This document shows, one piece after another, positions 35,523 through 45,164 of a stretch of DNA of 64,000 bases; positions within the stretch are counted from its first letter, which is position 1; every line of letters begins with the position of its first letter. The DNA is taken from the NCBI GenBank assembly GCA_049297675.1, contig JBAQUS010000010.1, positions 6,781 through 70,780 on the forward strand. Direction: 5' to 3'. This DNA comes from Minisyncoccia bacterium (GTDB lineage: Bacteria; Patescibacteriota; Minisyncoccia; Phycocordibacterales; DATDWN01). Under the pieces are notes generated by a model, which was not told the DNA's origin, did no database searches, and saw nothing but the letters and a program-made list of their open reading frames with translations. The position numbers and the translations under genes are program-made.

Positions 35523-37475
35523 GTGTTAACCATATTACTAACACTTCTATTCTTCATAGTTACCTTTTTCTTTGGAATAACCTTCTCTATTGTTGTTATA
35601 GATGAAAAAAGATGTTTTGCATTGTTGGGACTGAGTATAATTATTGGTATTAATAGTTACGTCTTTTTTTTGAATTTTCTTTCTTACTTTCTACCATTTT
35701 TTTACAGTTCTTGGCTTTCCTTGATCTCATTGTTACTTATCTCTTTATTTATATATTTACTTTATATAAAAGGTAATAGAGTAGGTAATTTGTTTGAAAA
35801 CACACTAGATAAAGGTCAATCTAAATTACTCTATATCGTTATATCAATTATTGTTATTATCTGTGGGGTTGCCACTTTCAGAACCAATGTCTTTGATCCA
35901 CTCCACATAGCTTTTGCTCATACAATAAGTGAAGGTAATTTTCCTATGGTAGATCCTACATCACCAGATCATCCATTTGCATATCATTATGGTTCTGACT
36001 TACTTACAGCAGGTATGTATAAAATAGCTGGGGGACCTCTTCTATGGTTAGCTTTTAATCTCCAGATAGTATTTTTTCTTTTTGGTATATTATTGATTCT
36101 ATTCACTATCGCATATGATTTCTCTAAAAATTTTTACAAAGCATTAATTTGTTCAGTTTTTTTCGTTTTTGTATCTGGTCTTCAATTTCTCAACCTTTTC
36201 TTAGAGGGTTTTCCAGTTTTATATCAAAAATTTTTTCTGAATACAGAAGTTGTCGCTCAATGGAAATTTGTGGCTTCTGCAGTTTTTCCCCCCTTGAACA
36301 CGAGTTATGTGTTTGGCATGCATAATCACTCACTAGCAATGGGGATGCCACTATTACTACTTGTTTTGTATCTATATTTTAAATTTCACCATAGTTTAGA
36401 TTATTCAAATAAAGGTAATCTTGTAGTAGCAGTTTTTTCCGGTTTGTTTTTTGGTCTTAGCGCCTTAAGTGTCGAAACTTACTTTGGAGTTTTTGCAATT
36501 GCCTTCATTCTTCTTTTCTTAAAACAAGCTGTAATTGACAAGAGATTAAATTTTTATATTATAGTCATATTGTTCGTTGGTTTTTTTACTGCTTTTTTAC
36601 AAGGTGGTGTTTTAACTCATATTTTTGATTCAAGTGATGGTAGTACTAAGTTAGTGTTTGTAAAGAGTCTACATGACTTGATAAACTGGAATTTATCAAT
36701 AAATCAGCCAGGTATAATCGACCCCAATAGCATAACTAGAGTATTCAGTCTTAACTTCATTATTCAATTTGGTTTGTCAATTTTTCTAATTATCCCAGCA
36801 CTTATACATTACAGAAAAAATGAAAAGATTTTGTTTCTGGGTGTTATAGGTCTTGGTGCTTTTTTTGCACCAGTATTGTTTCATTATACAGAAAGACCTT
36901 GGGAAATGACCAGATTTTTTACGTTGGCATTACCTTTTTTTGCGTATGTAGTTGGTATGTATTTTGTTGATTTGTATGATAAGGGATTTCCTAGATGGAT
37001 AATTTATCTTAGTTCCGTGTTTATTATAATAACAGGATTATTCTCCCAAGTAATGTTTATGTTGACGCCGTTAGATAATTTTGGTGCAATTAGTGTTCCA
37101 TTTGTGGGAGGGCTAATGGAGCCAACTCAGGCAAAAAAAGATTTATATGAGTGGATAGACAAAAATACTACAATCAACGACAGATTTTTTCCTTACAATA
37201 CGGATATCATGACGTATACTGGTAGATTTACACCCGGTTACTCTCTCATATCTTTCTCATCTAGAAATAAAGATTTTGAAAATTATAATTCTATTCTCTC
37301 TTCCTGCAGTCAACAGACTTTGGGTATACTCAAAATAACTCATATCGTAGTTGTTTCTCCAGAAATAGAGAAGTTTTTCAGTGATAGGTGCGATACAAAA
37401 TTATTTACTAAGTTGTATAATGATTTGGAAAATCATTATTATGTATACAAAATTAATATCAACCTTAAGAAATAA
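35523..37475 (+). CDS. Large polytopic membrane protein (>12 TM), candidate GT-C-like glycosyltransferase/polymerase
   Basis: 650 aa, highly hydrophobic, with a GTG start. Extracytoplasmic loops contain acidic and aromatic clusters (VDPTSPDHPFAYHYG). No firm family recognised. Confidence 0.45.
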   Translation: MLTILLTLLFFIVTFFFGITFSIVVIDEKRCFALLGLSIIIGINSYVFFLNFLSYFLPFFYSSWLSLISLLLISLFIYLLYIKGNRVGNLFENTLDKGQSKLLYIVISIIVIICGVATFRTNVFDPLHIAFAHTISEGNFPMVDPTSPDHPFAYHYGSDLLTAGMYKIAGGPLLWLAFNLQIVFFLFGILLILFTIAYDFSKNFYKALICSVFFVFVSGLQFLNLFLEGFPVLYQKFFLNTEVVAQWKFVASAVFPPLNTSYVFGMHNHSLAMGMPLLLLVLYLYFKFHHSLDYSNKGNLVVAVFSGLFFGLSALSVETYFGVFAIAFILLFLKQAVIDKRLNFYIIVILFVGFFTAFLQGGVLTHIFDSSDGSTKLVFVKSLHDLINWNLSINQPGIIDPNSITRVFSLNFIIQFGLSIFLIIPALIHYRKNEKILFLGVIGLGAFFAPVLFHYTERPWEMTRFFTLALPFFAYVVGMYFVDLYDKGFPRWIIYLSSVFIIITGLFSQVMFMLTPLDNFGAISVPFVGGLMEPTQAKKDLYEWIDKNTTINDRFFPYNTDIMTYTGRFTPGYSLISFSSRNKDFENYNSILSSCSQQTLGILKITHIVVVSPEIEKFFSDRCDTKLFTKLYNDLENHYYVYKININLKK

Positions 37476-39219
37476 CTACATAGCTTTTCTGTTTTCACTG
37501 TTAGTTGGTATTGTATATATTTTCCCACATGTTTATTTTATTTTGGATCAGGGAGAAAATTACAAAGGTATATACATATCTAGATCGTACGACGAAGACA
37601 CATACTACTCATCCATAAGGCAAATTTATGATGGAAAATCTGCCACCATGAATCCCTATCTACCTGAATATGAAGAAAAGACCATTGTTTCAGCTTATAA
37701 GTTTATTGAGAGTATAATAGGATATTTGGGGGTATTTTTCAATTTGAGCATATCCAGTCTAGCAATTTTATCTAAATTTATCTTTCCGACATTAATATTT
37801 TTGTCAGTATACTTCTTTATTCTTGTGCTTTTCCACGATAAATTAACGGCTATTTTCACAGCGTTTTTTGTGCTTCTCGGACAGGAATTAGCACCACTCA
37901 ATATTACATCTGCCATAGAAACATTCATGTTCCAGAGCCCATTTCATAGTTTTCTCCTATTCAATCGTCCCATAAATCCACAAGTAAGTATAATTTTCTT
38001 TTTCTTAGTTTTGTGTTTACTAGCTAAGCTTTGGAACAATACTCATTCAAAAAAATATGCAATTTTGAGTGGTATTATTGTTGGTTTTTTGTCATATATA
38101 TATTTTTATTATTGGAATTTCACTTTAATATTTCTTGGGTTAATTTTTCTGTACTCTATTTTTTTGAAGGAAAAGGAGTTATTGAAAAACATTTCAATTT
38201 CTATTATTGTAAGTTTAGCTGTAGCAATGCCATTTATAGTAAATACATTACTAGCACTCAAGACAGGAGCCATGAGTGTTAGTAAAAATTATATTCTTAC
38301 CCACAGATATATAAACGAAAAAGTTATCCTTCTTCCACTTATAGTGTTCATTGTTATTTATCTTTGGAATACAATAATTTCAAAAAAATTTAACATTAGT
38401 GTGGTGTTATCATTTATCAATGAAAAAAAATTTTTGTTTATATTCCTTCTGGTTGTCACAGGATTTCTTGCTACGAATCAACAGGTGATTCATGGTTATG
38501 AGATACAACAACATCACTATCATTTCATGACTAATATTTCAGTATTTATCATTACTATGTCAGTAATTTTTAGTACTTTTTTAAAGAGTCATATCAATAA
38601 ATACAAATTATTTATAGTTTCCTTAGTAATGTTTGTTATTTTCATCCATGCAATAAGTGTTCAGGCTTCATCATATAAGTACTGGGTGGATAAATTCGGA
38701 CATTTTCAGGATTATTCCCCAGTATTTGATTGGTTAAATAATAATTCAAAAGCTGATGACGTAGTTTATTCAAGCACAGAAATTTCCGAGATCATTCCTG
38801 TCTACACACATAATAGTGTTTACGGCTCTCTTCATGCAAGTGTTTATCCTGTGCCAACAGAAAGACTTGCTCACAATTATTTCACCTTAATGTATTTAAG
38901 AGGAATTTCAGGAAAGGAAGTTAAAACTTATCTATATGATGAAAAGTATAGAAACGAATTCGGTCATATGGTTTTTGAGGGACAATATTGGAGAAGTGTA
39001 TGCGGGTCATTTGGCTGTTTTCCGGACTCTGTATTGGATAGTTACATAAAAAATTATGAACTACTTGTCAAGGACTCGTTTGAAACTAATTTAAAAAAAT
39101 ATAAAATTGACTACATTTTATGGGATAGTGAATTAAACCCTGAATGGGAGATTGATAAATTCAATTTTGTTAAAGAAGTGTTTAGACACGAAAGTATTCA
39201 CTTATTTTCTGTCATATGA
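37441..39219 (+). CDS. Large polytopic membrane protein, candidate GT-C-like glycosyltransferase
   Basis: About 590 aa with many TM helices and a large C-terminal soluble domain. The ORF track starts at 37381 inside the upstream gene; the ATG at 37441 is the more plausible start. Confidence 0.45.
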   Translation: MYTKLISTLRNNYIAFLFSLLVGIVYIFPHVYFILDQGENYKGIYISRSYDEDTYYSSIRQIYDGKSATMNPYLPEYEEKTIVSAYKFIESIIGYLGVFFNLSISSLAILSKFIFPTLIFLSVYFFILVLFHDKLTAIFTAFFVLLGQELAPLNITSAIETFMFQSPFHSFLLFNRPINPQVSIIFFFLVLCLLAKLWNNTHSKKYAILSGIIVGFLSYIYFYYWNFTLIFLGLIFLYSIFLKEKELLKNISISIIVSLAVAMPFIVNTLLALKTGAMSVSKNYILTHRYINEKVILLPLIVFIVIYLWNTIISKKFNISVVLSFINEKKFLFIFLLVVTGFLATNQQVIHGYEIQQHHYHFMTNISVFIITMSVIFSTFLKSHINKYKLFIVSLVMFVIFIHAISVQASSYKYWVDKFGHFQDYSPVFDWLNNNSKADDVVYSSTEISEIIPVYTHNSVYGSLHASVYPVPTERLAHNYFTLMYLRGISGKEVKTYLYDEKYRNEFGHMVFEGQYWRSVCGSFGCFPDSVLDSYIKNYELLVKDSFETNLKKYKIDYILWDSELNPEWEIDKFNFVKEVFRHESIHLFSVI

Positions 39220-39281
39220 TCCGATTCTATCAGCTTCGTTGTATACAGTGATTATTATTGATAGAAAAATTTCTTCCATTT

Positions 39282-40232
39282 TTATTCTTTATGCCAATTT
39301 GAGAGTGATTCAATCAAGGCTTCCTCAACAGTTCGGATTTTTACTCCTGTTTTAAGGAGTTTAGACACGTCAAGAATACAATTTGATCTTGGAGTTTTTG
39401 CTATTTTAGAGTAGAATTCTTTATCGTTTTTCCAAAAAATAAGTTTTTTCTTTGGTCTCAGTGTTTTTTCAACCATTTCCACTACTTTTTTGGTCGTAAT
39501 AAATCCAGGGTTAGCTATGTTATATATTCCATATGGAGCACCTATTTTCCACAAATCTAAAGAAGCTTTGACAAAATCTCCGAGATGGGAAAGTGTGTTG
39601 GTGTTGTTGTAAACCTTGCTATATCTTTGAATTTTAGAGAGATAGTTACGATTATTATCGAATTCATCAAACGGCACACGAAGTCTTAGTATATATACTT
39701 TTCCTGAATTTTTTAAAAGAATTTCTTCAGCCAGTGCTTTTGTACCACTATAAAAACTACATGGTCCATTTCTAAAAGAAAAATTTGGGGTGTCCTTTTC
39801 GTTAAATCCTCGGATTTTTTCTGGACTGTTTTCAATAATAGATCTTATTTCTGGTTTATTAAGATTTTTTTCAATAACAGTCTTTCCGTTCCTTGATATT
39901 TTTGTCCCGTTGTATATACAGCCAGACGATATGTGCGCCCATGGTATGTTTTCCGTCTGACAAACCTCCGCAATAGTAGTGGGAAGGACTACGTTTCCAA
40001 GAAGCGTATCTGCCCAGTTCAGTTCGCAAGCGTCGATATTTGGTTTTCCCGTATATCCAGCAGCATTAATGACAAAATCAGGTTTTCTTTTTTTGAGTAA
40101 TTTTAGAAGTTTACTGTAGTTTGTGTAGTCTAATGCTTTTCGTGTTGGGGCAAAAAAACGAATCTTTCTTGCCCTGAGTTCTTTTTTGAAAGCTTCTCCA
40201 ACATACCCTGATCCGCCTAATAATATAATCAT
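39282..40232 (-). CDS. RmlD-like NAD(P)-dependent sugar-nucleotide reductase (dTDP-4-dehydrorhamnose reductase family)
   Basis: MIILLGGSGYVGEAFKKEL...FVINAAGYTGKPNIDACE is the RmlD substrate-binding-domain pattern. Confidence 0.65.
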   Translation of the reverse strand: MIILLGGSGYVGEAFKKELRARKIRFFAPTRKALDYTNYSKLLKLLKKRKPDFVINAAGYTGKPNIDACELNWADTLLGNVVLPTTIAEVCQTENIPWAHISSGCIYNGTKISRNGKTVIEKNLNKPEIRSIIENSPEKIRGFNEKDTPNFSFRNGPCSFYSGTKALAEEILLKNSGKVYILRLRVPFDEFDNNRNYLSKIQRYSKVYNNTNTLSHLGDFVKASLDLWKIGAPYGIYNIANPGFITTKKVVEMVEKTLRPKKKLIFWKNDKEFYSKIAKTPRSNCILDVSKLLKTGVKIRTVEEALIESLSNWHKE

Positions 40233-41155
40233 TTTTTATATATTTTAAGGATTGTTTTCACAATAGATGTTGAATCAAGCCCAGCTTTATTCAGTAGAAA
40301 ATTACGACTTCCAACATCTTTTATAAAATGATCAGGTAATCCAAATATTTTGAAAAGTTTAGGTCTCATTGATGATTGCATTAAAAGCTCGGAGACTGCT
40401 CCACCAAATCCTCCTTGCATTCCATTTTCTTCTATCGTAAAAATTGCCTCAGCTTTTTTATTTTTATACAGTATGAGTTTTTTATCAAGCGGTTTTACCG
40501 ATGGCATACTAATAACAGAAATACTCTTTTTTAGTTTTTTCTCCAAAATATTTCCTGCTTCAACAACCACATCCAAAATGTTACCAGTTGATAAAAGTAT
40601 AACATCTTCACCTTTCTTTACCTCATATCCCTTGCCTATTTCAAATTTCCAACCTGGTTTCTCGAAATGTGTGCTGGGACTTTTGCCAAGACGCATATAT
40701 GTTGGTCCTTTGGTCTCAAAAGCTACTCTAGTTGCGCCTTCCGCTTCCCATGCATATGCAGGATTCATGACCTTCATATTTGGTAAGGAGCGCATTATGG
40801 CCAAATCCTCCACGGTATGGTGAGTTATGCCGTGAGTTGCATAGTTATATCCTCCACCAGCCCCAAACAGTTTAACGTCAAGGTTGTGATAGCAAATGTC
40901 TGTCCTAATTTGTTCAAAACAACGTAGAGTTAAAAATGAAGCTATGGAGTAGGCGATAACCGTCTTACCAGTCAAGGCTAGACCACAGGCAACGCCAATC
41001 ATATTTGATTCTGCAACGCCCACATTTATAAATCTATCTGGAAAAGCATCTCTTATTGGTTCAAGAGCATTAAACCCCAAGTCACCAGTTAGAAAGAATA
41101 TATTTTTATTCTTTTTCATTTCAACCAAAGCTTGTTTTACAAAACTATTTCGCAT
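40229..41155 (-). CDS. Transketolase, C-terminal (pyrimidine-binding) subunit
   Basis: FPDRFINVGVAESNMIGVACGLALTGK is the transketolase pyrimidine-binding domain. It overlaps the upstream N-terminal subunit by 11 nt. Confidence 0.85.
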   Translation of the reverse strand: MRNSFVKQALVEMKKNKNIFFLTGDLGFNALEPIRDAFPDRFINVGVAESNMIGVACGLALTGKTVIAYSIASFLTLRCFEQIRTDICYHNLDVKLFGAGGGYNYATHGITHHTVEDLAIMRSLPNMKVMNPAYAWEAEGATRVAFETKGPTYMRLGKSPSTHFEKPGWKFEIGKGYEVKKGEDVILLSTGNILDVVVEAGNILEKKLKKSISVISMPSVKPLDKKLILYKNKKAEAIFTIEENGMQGGFGGAVSELLMQSSMRPKLFKIFGLPDHFIKDVGSRNFLLNKAGLDSTSIVKTILKIYKK

Positions 41156-41981
41156 GTTTTTTCCGGGTCATTTTTTGACTCTCTATGTATGTTTCCTTGT
41201 CAGGAACAAAGTAGTGAGCAAGCAAAGTGTTTTCTATTTTTGGAACTCCCTTACCGCTCACAGTATCTGCTAGTACTATTGCCGGACGATCGGTGTATAT
41301 CGCTTCTGTAATAATTTGCTCTAGTTCTTTTATATCATGACCTGATGATCTAAAGACATCCCATCCAAAAGCCGACCACTTTTTCACTAAATCCATAGTG
41401 TGAACTTTTTTCGTCTCGCCAAATCCTTGGAATTTATTTTCGTCTATTATAGCCACTACATTATTTAGTTTATGAGTTGATGTAAACATAGCCGCTTCCC
41501 ATATTGATCCTTCGTTGCATTCTCCGTCTCCCATGAGTACAAATACTTTTCGATCAGGATGGGTTTCTCTTATAGATAGAGCAACACCAGCTCCAATCGA
41601 TAAACCGTGTCCAAGTGAACCGGTTGAGACCTCAATTCCCTTGGCAGCAAATGAGCAAGGATGAAGATGAAAAATGCCATTATCAACTCTATATTTTTTT
41701 AGATCAGATTTTGGGAAAAAACCGCGTAAAGCTAAGGCCGAGTATAGTGCCGCTCCACCATGACCTTTGCTCAAAATAAACCTATCTCGATTTGGGTGAT
41801 CTGGTTTTTTGGGGTCTATGTGAAGAATACGAAAATAAAGTACTGCTAATATGTCACTAATACAAAGTGCTGAGCCACTTTCTCCAGATTGGCTATTATA
41901 CGACATCTCAATAATCAGTCGTTTCATTTCTGCACTTATCGCTGTAACATCTTTATGTGTATAGAGCTTATTATGAGCCAT
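41145..41981 (-). CDS. Transketolase, N-terminal (thiamine-diphosphate-binding) subunit
   Basis: Carries the TPP-binding region GHGGAALYSALALRGFF, GSLGHGLSIGAGVALS, MGDGECNEGSIWEAAMF. Confidence 0.85.
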   Translation of the reverse strand: MAHNKLYTHKDVTAISAEMKRLIIEMSYNSQSGESGSALCISDILAVLYFRILHIDPKKPDHPNRDRFILSKGHGGAALYSALALRGFFPKSDLKKYRVDNGIFHLHPCSFAAKGIEVSTGSLGHGLSIGAGVALSIRETHPDRKVFVLMGDGECNEGSIWEAAMFTSTHKLNNVVAIIDENKFQGFGETKKVHTMDLVKKWSAFGWDVFRSSGHDIKELEQIITEAIYTDRPAIVLADTVSGKGVPKIENTLLAHYFVPDKETYIESQKMTRKKHAK

Positions 41982-42089
41982 ATGTAGTCACAAAGTATTG
42001 TCTATTTTAGGACTGATGTCAATTCTATTCTTCTGGTCAAAAGAAAAGTTTTGAGATAGTATAGGTCATAATAAATTGCTAAGCCTAAA

Positions 42090-43052
42090 ATGACTAGTCA
42101 CTCCCCAGAATCAATAAAGAATAAGAAAATTTCCGCTATTATCGCCTGTTACAGGGATGGTCAAGCTATTCCTTTTATGCATGAACGTTTAACCAAAACT
42201 TTTAAAGAGATTGGATGTAAATACGAAATTATCTTTGTTAATGATGGAAGTCCAGATAATTCTGAAGCCGTTTTGGATAAAATCGCAGAAGCTGACCACA
42301 ATGTGGTTGCTATCACACATTCGAGGAATTTCAGTTCTCAAAATGCCTTCTTTAGCGGTTTAACAGTCTCAACAGGGGATTCAGCTGTATTTTTAGATGG
42401 TGATTTACAAGATCCTCCAGAGGTTATAAAGGAGTTCGCTCAAAAGTGGATGGAAGGGTTCGATGTGGTTTATGGTGTGAGGGTTAAAAGAGATGCTTCA
42501 CTTTCTCTACGTGTCGGATTTAAGGCTTTCTATTGGATATTCAGTAAACTCTCATACATTAAAATTCCTCGAGATGCAGGGGACTTTGGTCTAATCGATC
42601 GAAAGGTTATTGATGTTATTTTGTCCATGCCAGAGAAAGATCTTTTTATCCGTGGTATGAGAGCCTGGGCAGGCTACAAGCAAGTTGGAGTTCCGTATTT
42701 TAGACCAGAGAGAATGTTTGGAGTTACAACTAATAGTTTTTGGAAAAACGTACGCTGGGCTAAAAAGGGGGTCTTCTCATTCTCCTATGAGCCACTAGAG
42801 TTTATTTTTTATCTATCACTAGTTACATTCTGTATTGCACTAATAGGTATTATCACATACATAAGTTTTTACTTTGTATACCCAGATCAACCGCGAGGAA
42901 TTACCACTATAATAGTACTCATACTTTTTTTCAGTAGTGTACAGCTACTGAGTATAAGTATTATTGGGGAATATCTCGGGCGTATTTTTGAAGAAGTTAA
43001 AGATAGACCACGGTTTGTGGTTAAGAAAATATTAAATAAACCCAAAAAATAG
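42090..43052 (+). CDS. GtrB-like GT2 polyprenol-phosphate sugar synthase with C-terminal TM helices (third paralog)
   Basis: Motifs ISAIIACYRDGQAIP, VNDGSPDNS and LDGDLQDPPE, plus C-terminal TM helices. Confidence 0.75.
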   Translation: MTSHSPESIKNKKISAIIACYRDGQAIPFMHERLTKTFKEIGCKYEIIFVNDGSPDNSEAVLDKIAEADHNVVAITHSRNFSSQNAFFSGLTVSTGDSAVFLDGDLQDPPEVIKEFAQKWMEGFDVVYGVRVKRDASLSLRVGFKAFYWIFSKLSYIKIPRDAGDFGLIDRKVIDVILSMPEKDLFIRGMRAWAGYKQVGVPYFRPERMFGVTTNSFWKNVRWAKKGVFSFSYEPLEFIFYLSLVTFCIALIGIITYISFYFVYPDQPRGITTIIVLILFFSSVQLLSISIIGEYLGRIFEEVKDRPRFVVKKILNKPKK

Positions 43053-43063
43053 AAGATTGCAAA

Positions 43064-43199
43064 ATTCAAAACTCGACGAAAACACACGTTTTCTGGCGTA
43101 TCTCGGAGAGCGTGAAGCTCGAGAGCTAAGGAAAATTTTTAGCATAAAATTATTCCGGCGCCAGAAAATATGTGTTGAGTAAGAGTTTTGTATTTAGCG
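43064..43199. repeat. MITE-like palindromic element, family 2 copy A
   Basis: Reads aaaactcgacgaaaacacacgttttctggcgtatctcggagagcgtgaagctcgagagctaaggaaaattt...attattccggcgccagaaaatatgtgttgagtaagagttttgta. The internal IR is acacgttttctggcg / cgccagaaaatatgtgt. It is near-identical to 57611-57780 apart from a 34-bp insertion in that copy. Confidence 0.65.
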
Positions 43200-43207
43200 A
43201 CTATCGA

Positions 43208-44152
43208 TTATTTTTGATAGTAGGATTTGTGATCTTTCATCCAAGTAATCATTTTCTCTAAACCATTCTCAAAAGACATTTCAGTTTTAAAACCAAGAAG
43301 TTTTTCTGCCTTCGAGCTATCGGCTACCCAAATAGAGGTATCAAAAGGTCTTTTTGGATAGCTATTCCAAAGAAGTTTTGATGTGCTTTTTGTTACCCTC
43401 ATACAGGTGTCCACGGCAGTTTTTATTGTTTCTTGTTTTCCGCTACCTATATTGAAGACTTCTCCTGAAAGATCTGGTCTTTCTCCCGCGAGTATAAATG
43501 CTCTGACAACATCATCTATATAAATAAAGTCTCTTGCCGTATCTGGCGAGGCTAGTGGTGCATCTTTATTCTCTAGGGTATTAAGTATAAGTGTCGGGAC
43601 AAATCTTCCTGGTTCTTCAAAAGCCCCGTATACAGAAAAAAGACGTAGGGTTATTGTAGGCAAGCCTTTCTCTTTGGAGAAGTGAGAGCAAAGTAGAGTT
43701 TGTGCCACTTTCCCCACAGCATAAAAACTGTTTGGCACAACTATTTCGTCTTCACGCATGGGATGATCTTTTGTGCCGTATTCAGAGGAGCTTCCAGTGT
43801 TTACAAACATTTTTACATCGTTTTCCTTTGCTGATTCAAGAAGATAGAGTGTTGCCATAACCGATGACTCTAGTGTCAGTTCAGGATCTTTTTGAGTAGG
43901 GTAGGCACCATAGACAGCTAGATGATATATTACATCTGGTTTTACTTCTGAAATAACTTTTTTAATAAATTCTTTATCTATAATACTACCAGTATGTATT
44001 TTTATTTTTGATTTTATTTCTTCTAGCCTCCATGCATTCTTGGATTCATCTCTGACAATACCATGGACTTCGTGCCCGTTTTCTACTACTCCTCTTGCCA
44101 GGTTTGCACCGACAAATCCAGAGATTCCTGTTATTAGTATTTTTTGTGACAT
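43208..44152 (-). CDS. NAD-dependent sugar-nucleotide epimerase/dehydratase (GMD/Rmd-like extended SDR)
   Basis: Contains KILITGISGFVGANLARGVVENGHEVHGI. The Y-x3-K region reads YAVGKVAQTLL. Confidence 0.75.
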   Translation of the reverse strand: MSQKILITGISGFVGANLARGVVENGHEVHGIVRDESKNAWRLEEIKSKIKIHTGSIIDKEFIKKVISEVKPDVIYHLAVYGAYPTQKDPELTLESSVMATLYLLESAKENDVKMFVNTGSSSEYGTKDHPMREDEIVVPNSFYAVGKVAQTLLCSHFSKEKGLPTITLRLFSVYGAFEEPGRFVPTLILNTLENKDAPLASPDTARDFIYIDDVVRAFILAGERPDLSGEVFNIGSGKQETIKTAVDTCMRVTKSTSKLLWNSYPKRPFDTSIWVADSSKAEKLLGFKTEMSFENGLEKMITWMKDHKSYYQK

Positions 44153-44245
44153 ATTGTTTCCAATAATTTTACCTTAATTATTTCTGAATATAAAGAGTTG
44201 ACAAAGAAATATTAACATGATCCTATTTATGGTAGGAGGATAAAG

Positions 44246-44527
44246 GTGAGTCCAGAAACAATGGGAGTGCTGGCGACGGCTGTCACACTGCTCTACACTC
44301 TTCTCGGTCTGCCGTCGCAGATTTGGAAGAATTACCAGAACAAGTCTATTGAGGGCATTTCGCTCTCGATGACCATTCTGCTCTGCCTGACCTTTACCAC
44401 ATGGGTCGTGTACGGATGGGTGATGAAGGACATCTACATCATCATCTCGAACACGACCGGAGGTATTGGAGGGTACGCGATCCTCTTTCAGTTCTTTCAC
44501 TTTCGAAGCGGGAGGCGACATGTCTGA
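44246..44527 (+). CDS. SemiSWEET / PQ-loop family 3-TM sugar transporter, encoded in a G+C-rich islet
   Basis: 93 aa with three TM helices. GLPSQIWKNYQNKSIEGISL matches the PQ-loop motif (l[PS]Qi.k.y.tks..gis). A strong GGAGGA Shine-Dalgarno lies 6 nt upstream of the GTG start. The local G+C is visibly far above the genome background. Confidence 0.6.
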   Translation: MSPETMGVLATAVTLLYTLLGLPSQIWKNYQNKSIEGISLSMTILLCLTFTTWVVYGWVMKDIYIIISNTTGGIGGYAILFQFFHFRSGRRHV

Positions 44528-45101
44528 GTCAGACGTCTTGCTCACCGAGGACGAGCAGGTAGAGCTCGCTCGTCTCATGGAGAAGCGGGCACTCCACCCT
44601 CGTCAGAGGGTTACGCTAGATCTGTTCTTAGCGGGGATTAAGGTCCACACGTCGAACTCGTCGGAGGTGGCAATCCTTCGCCACGGTTCGAATGGTCTCG
44701 AGATCTACCTCTTGCAGAGACCGGAGAACGACCCGTTCTACGCTGGCGAGTGGCACATGCCCGGGGTGATGCTCTTCTACGATGAACTCATCCACGACGG
44801 CGCAGTCCGCGCCATGAAGGAGGCGCTCAAAGAGGAGGTGGATCCGAGTACGATCCCGCCTCATCACCAGGTCTTCGAGTGGCTCATGGGCAACAAGTCC
44901 GGTCACTGCCCTCGCGGTCACACTGTCTGTTTCCTCCACACGATCATCGTGTCGGAGGAACATGCATGGAAACTCACGAAGGGACAGTTCTTTCCACTCA
45001 AGTCTACACCGACGCCGATGATCGAGGTACACGGAAGGTATCTTACATGGCTTCGGGCCAATCTCCAGTCTGTTCTGAACCGACACAGACAACTGGTCTA
45101 G
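44520..45101 (+). CDS. NUDIX-family hydrolase-like protein, encoded in the G+C-rich islet
   Basis: GEWHMPGVMLFYDELIHDGAVRAMKEALKEEVD partly matches the NUDIX box (G.5E.7REuxEExGu). The ATG at 44520 overlaps the SemiSWEET stop. The ORF track lists a TTG start at 44466. Confidence 0.45.
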   Translation: MSESDVLLTEDEQVELARLMEKRALHPRQRVTLDLFLAGIKVHTSNSSEVAILRHGSNGLEIYLLQRPENDPFYAGEWHMPGVMLFYDELIHDGAVRAMKEALKEEVDPSTIPPHHQVFEWLMGNKSGHCPRGHTVCFLHTIIVSEEHAWKLTKGQFFPLKSTPTPMIEVHGRYLTWLRANLQSVLNRHRQLV

Positions 45102-45125
45102 GTCGAACGACAACAAGTACAAAAG

Positions 45126-45164
45126 ACGGTCCCACGCATACGCGGGGACCGTTCTTCTTTTTAT
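45126..45164 (+). terminator. Rho-independent terminator closing the G+C-rich islet
   Basis: The stem acggtccc / gggaccgt (with an extra cgc/gcg) is followed by tcttctttttat. Confidence 0.55.

Noticed and set aside
38031-39355. Small ORFs 38031..38282 (+) and 39152..39355 (+) from the track
   Set aside because: The first is an alternate-frame reading inside the large membrane-protein gene (37441..39219). The second overlaps that gene's 3' end and the convergent terminator region. Both are hydrophobic, low-complexity translations typical of AT-rich out-of-frame sequence.
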